The notes beneath the pieces are model-generated. The model made no database searches. It worked only from the letters and a program-made list of their open reading frames with translations, and was not told where the DNA came from. A stretch of DNA of 61,028 nucleotides, counting the filler, from Jimgerdemannia flammicorona (taxonomy: Eukaryota), in NCBI GenBank assembly GCA_003990765.1. It is 3 parts of 3 records of this genome, joined end to end, with 100 filler letters (N's around TTAATTAATTAA, not from the genome) between each part and the next. Parts side by side here need not be neighbours in the genome. Positions count along the whole stretch, not along the records: positions 40,759 to 61,028 come from RBNJ01001719.1; 2 more parts are not named here. One strand, given 5' to 3'. The stretch's first letter is position 1, and the number at the start of each line of letters is the position of its first letter. Below are positions 58,486-61,028 of this stretch, one piece after another. Both the position numbers and the translations under genes were made by a program.

Positions 58486-61028
58486 CATTTTCAAAAGACT
58501 TGACCATTTGGCTCAAGAACCCAGCTATCTACAGTGGAGAACTTAGCAGGACCAAGTCAGCAACCAAACCAGGGTCAGCAACAGCCCTCCTCAGCAGAAA
58601 AGAAAGCCCACACTCTTGTCAGAACAGTAGCCAGGACCCTATTCAACACCAGTAGCCAGAAAACCGAATCAGAAGAAAGAAGTGACCCAGATTACAGTTT
58701 GACTTCAAGAGAAAGAAGACAACTCAGAGGACAACCAGAACCGCCCCTTCAGATCTAAGACTTAGCCCAAGAAGAAGAAGAGAATATCCCTAAGAAGTAT
58801 CAGACCCTTATCCATAGGAAGAACTCAGACAGAAGTAACTACATAACTACTGTCATTACTCGAGTCACTCCACTGGACTGGGTATACTATGAAACATCAG
58901 AAGGAGAAGAGGACTACCATCCATATCAATCAGAGCAAGATGACGATTGGGGATCAGACCATCAAAGGGACGAATTCGACCTACACTATTATCCAGACAG
59001 TAACACAAACCCACAACAAGGTGAACAAGACCTCACTACTTCACAACAGTAAGGGGCAGATGAACTCACTATCAGTTATATCAGTCCACTCCCACCACCA
59101 GTTGCTCGAACTTCAGTACCCTGGTCACTCACACCTTGTCACTATCACTAGTCAATCAGAAGATCTCCACCACTACTCAGGACTTCAACCCCAGTATTAA
59201 TTAGAAGAGCCAGATTACTCTCCCTCACCAAGACACCACCCTCTGCCAGCACCACTAGTTCATCAAGTACTAGCACCACCACCTTCCCCATTACCCTGAG
59301 AATCTGCCAGATCTCCTACCCCTGAACAATACTCAGATAGTGAAGACGAGCCAGATATGAGCTACCTTCAGAAGTTCCATGGTGCAGACAATGAAGACAT
59401 CAAGGAATTCTTTGGAGAAATTGAAGTTCAAGCAGCTGCCAAACAATGGGATGCTGCAAGAAAACTCAGAATTGTGGAGTCACTCCTGAGAGGACCAGCC
59501 CTACAGAGGTATAATCAAGCCAAGCAAGCCGGAGGAGGAATCCATGCAGAGGAACTGAATGATGGCCTTCAACCTGATAGAAACCATGTAGCAAGGTACA
59601 TGATTCACAAAGCCTGGCTCCATGCCCAGTTCAATGGATTCGAGTGCCAACAAGAAGTACAGGAGGCTTTGACCTATATGAGCCAAGCTGCCAATGAAAC
59701 TCCCAAGAGTTTCTACCATCAGATTCAAGCTCAAATGATCAAGGCGAACCTTCAACCAGCAGTCCAACTGGCTCTAGCCTCAACTACCTTCCTCAATGGC
59801 TTATACCCAGAACTCTGAAGGTAAGTTATCAGGATGGGATATCGAAACATTGAACAGCAAGTTGCTGGAGCACAAGGATGTTGGGAATTAGATTATAGAC
59901 CAGTACAATAAGTACAAGACTATCATGAGCCAATCTGAGCTGAAACCCCAAGGACCCAAGGAACAACCATGGAGCAAGAGAATGCCTTCCTCAGAGCCCA
60001 GATAGCCAACTATGAGGACAGACCAGCACCCACAAATCCGACTCCATTCAGGCAACCACAGCAGCAGCCACCATCAAGAGTTCAAGAAGACTCCATGATA
60101 ACACTCACCAAGCAAATGAAGGACCTGGCCATCGTGGTTGCCTAGCTGAAAAACCAAGGTAGAAGACAACAAGACTACCGTCATGATAACAGACCAGACT
60201 ACTGGTAACAAGACAACAGAGGTCCTGCCCCCGCACTACCAGCTGCAACTACAGTCTCATCAGCATCTGGTTCCTATGGTCCCACCTACTTCAACTGCGG
60301 AAATCAAGGCCACATCCAGAGGAATTGTCCAAGGAACCAATCCACCCAGTCCAATGACAGAAATGTCAACCTCTTTCAGGTAGATGAAGAGACTCAGGAG
60401 ATGGAAGAAGAAGCAGCCTGGCTCCATGGTCAAGAAGATGACATCTACCCATACTTTGAGGCTTTTCCATCCAAGGTGACATGGGAAGCTGCCCCCACAG
60501 AGACCAGAGGATGAGGAAGACCACGAAGGAACCCCCCACCTCAACTGCCAGTAACAATATCCACAGGCAAGCATCCGCAACATGGCCATTTTTCTTCAGA
60601 CACTCCACAAGAACAGGAGAAGTGAGTTAGAAGAGATACTCCTGAACCAGAAGCCGGACTATCTAGGACAACCCCCAGCTCTACTCTGCCAGATCTTGAA
60701 GAAGATGAGTATATGAGTATAGAATCTTCAGCTGACAAAATGCCCATCAGGAATGAGAGACTACACTCCAAGGGACTAAGACACCGAAGAAGCAACAAGC
60801 CCCATGCAGCAGCCTCACTTTGGAAACATATCCGCCTACAGAATGCTGGTCTTACAGTTGAGCAAGTCCTCAAGAATGCACCAGAGGTCAGGCAAAAATT
60901 CCTGAAAGAAGCCAAGGAAGATACCAAGAGACTTCCAGTCCAAGGACCACACACTCAAGAACCTAGCACTATCCACACAGCCCATGAGAGCCAGTGACAT
61001 GAACATCAATCTACAAGACTCGCCAATG

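Larger units (their letters stand above)
56517..61028 (+). mobile_element. Gypsy family A, copy 2: 5' LTR, PBS and gag (cut by the contig end just before the protease)
   Basis: 59319-61028 is a close reverse-complement match to 38950-40658 (MSYLQKFHGADNEDI..., MSIESSAD...). Confidence 0.93.

Noticed and set aside
31330..61028. Family A copies 1 and 2 as two halves of one element or an inverted repeat
   Set aside because: They lie on separate contigs, overlap in gag with many differences, and their LTRs differ in length and sequence, so they are separate insertions.

Overview
This is eukaryotic, intron-rich fungal DNA; the gene set and style suggest an early-diverging (Mucoromycota-like) fungus, which is inference only. 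The window is not one locus. It is three contigs of descending length (1-20281, 20382-40658, 40759-61028) joined by artificial N44-TTAATTAATTAA-N44 spacers. Contig 1 is CpG-rich and genic. It carries a type-II membrane fucosyltransferase-like glycosyltransferase, ETF-alpha, cytochrome c, two small orphan genes, a mitochondrial-carrier-like membrane protein, a Syp1/FCHo muniscin and a 5'-truncated homogentisate dioxygenase. Contigs 2 and 3 are nested, CpG-depleted transposon graveyards. They hold an L1/Tx1-type LINE family (two full-length copies, two 3' fragments), two Ty3/Gypsy families and extremely AT-rich relics. Most notable points: (1) Gypsy family A has ~2-2.3 kb LTRs that encode a ~330-codon ORF in U3, and its polyprotein has a Cys-rich segment, an F-box-like motif and a dUTPase between protease and RT. 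(2) Family B also has a dUTPase, plus an extra ORF after integrase. (3) Both families share a ~53-bp promoter core and insert at ATAT. (4) The repeats show two tiers of C-to-T/G-to-A decay, one CpG-focused and one context-wide (RIP-like).
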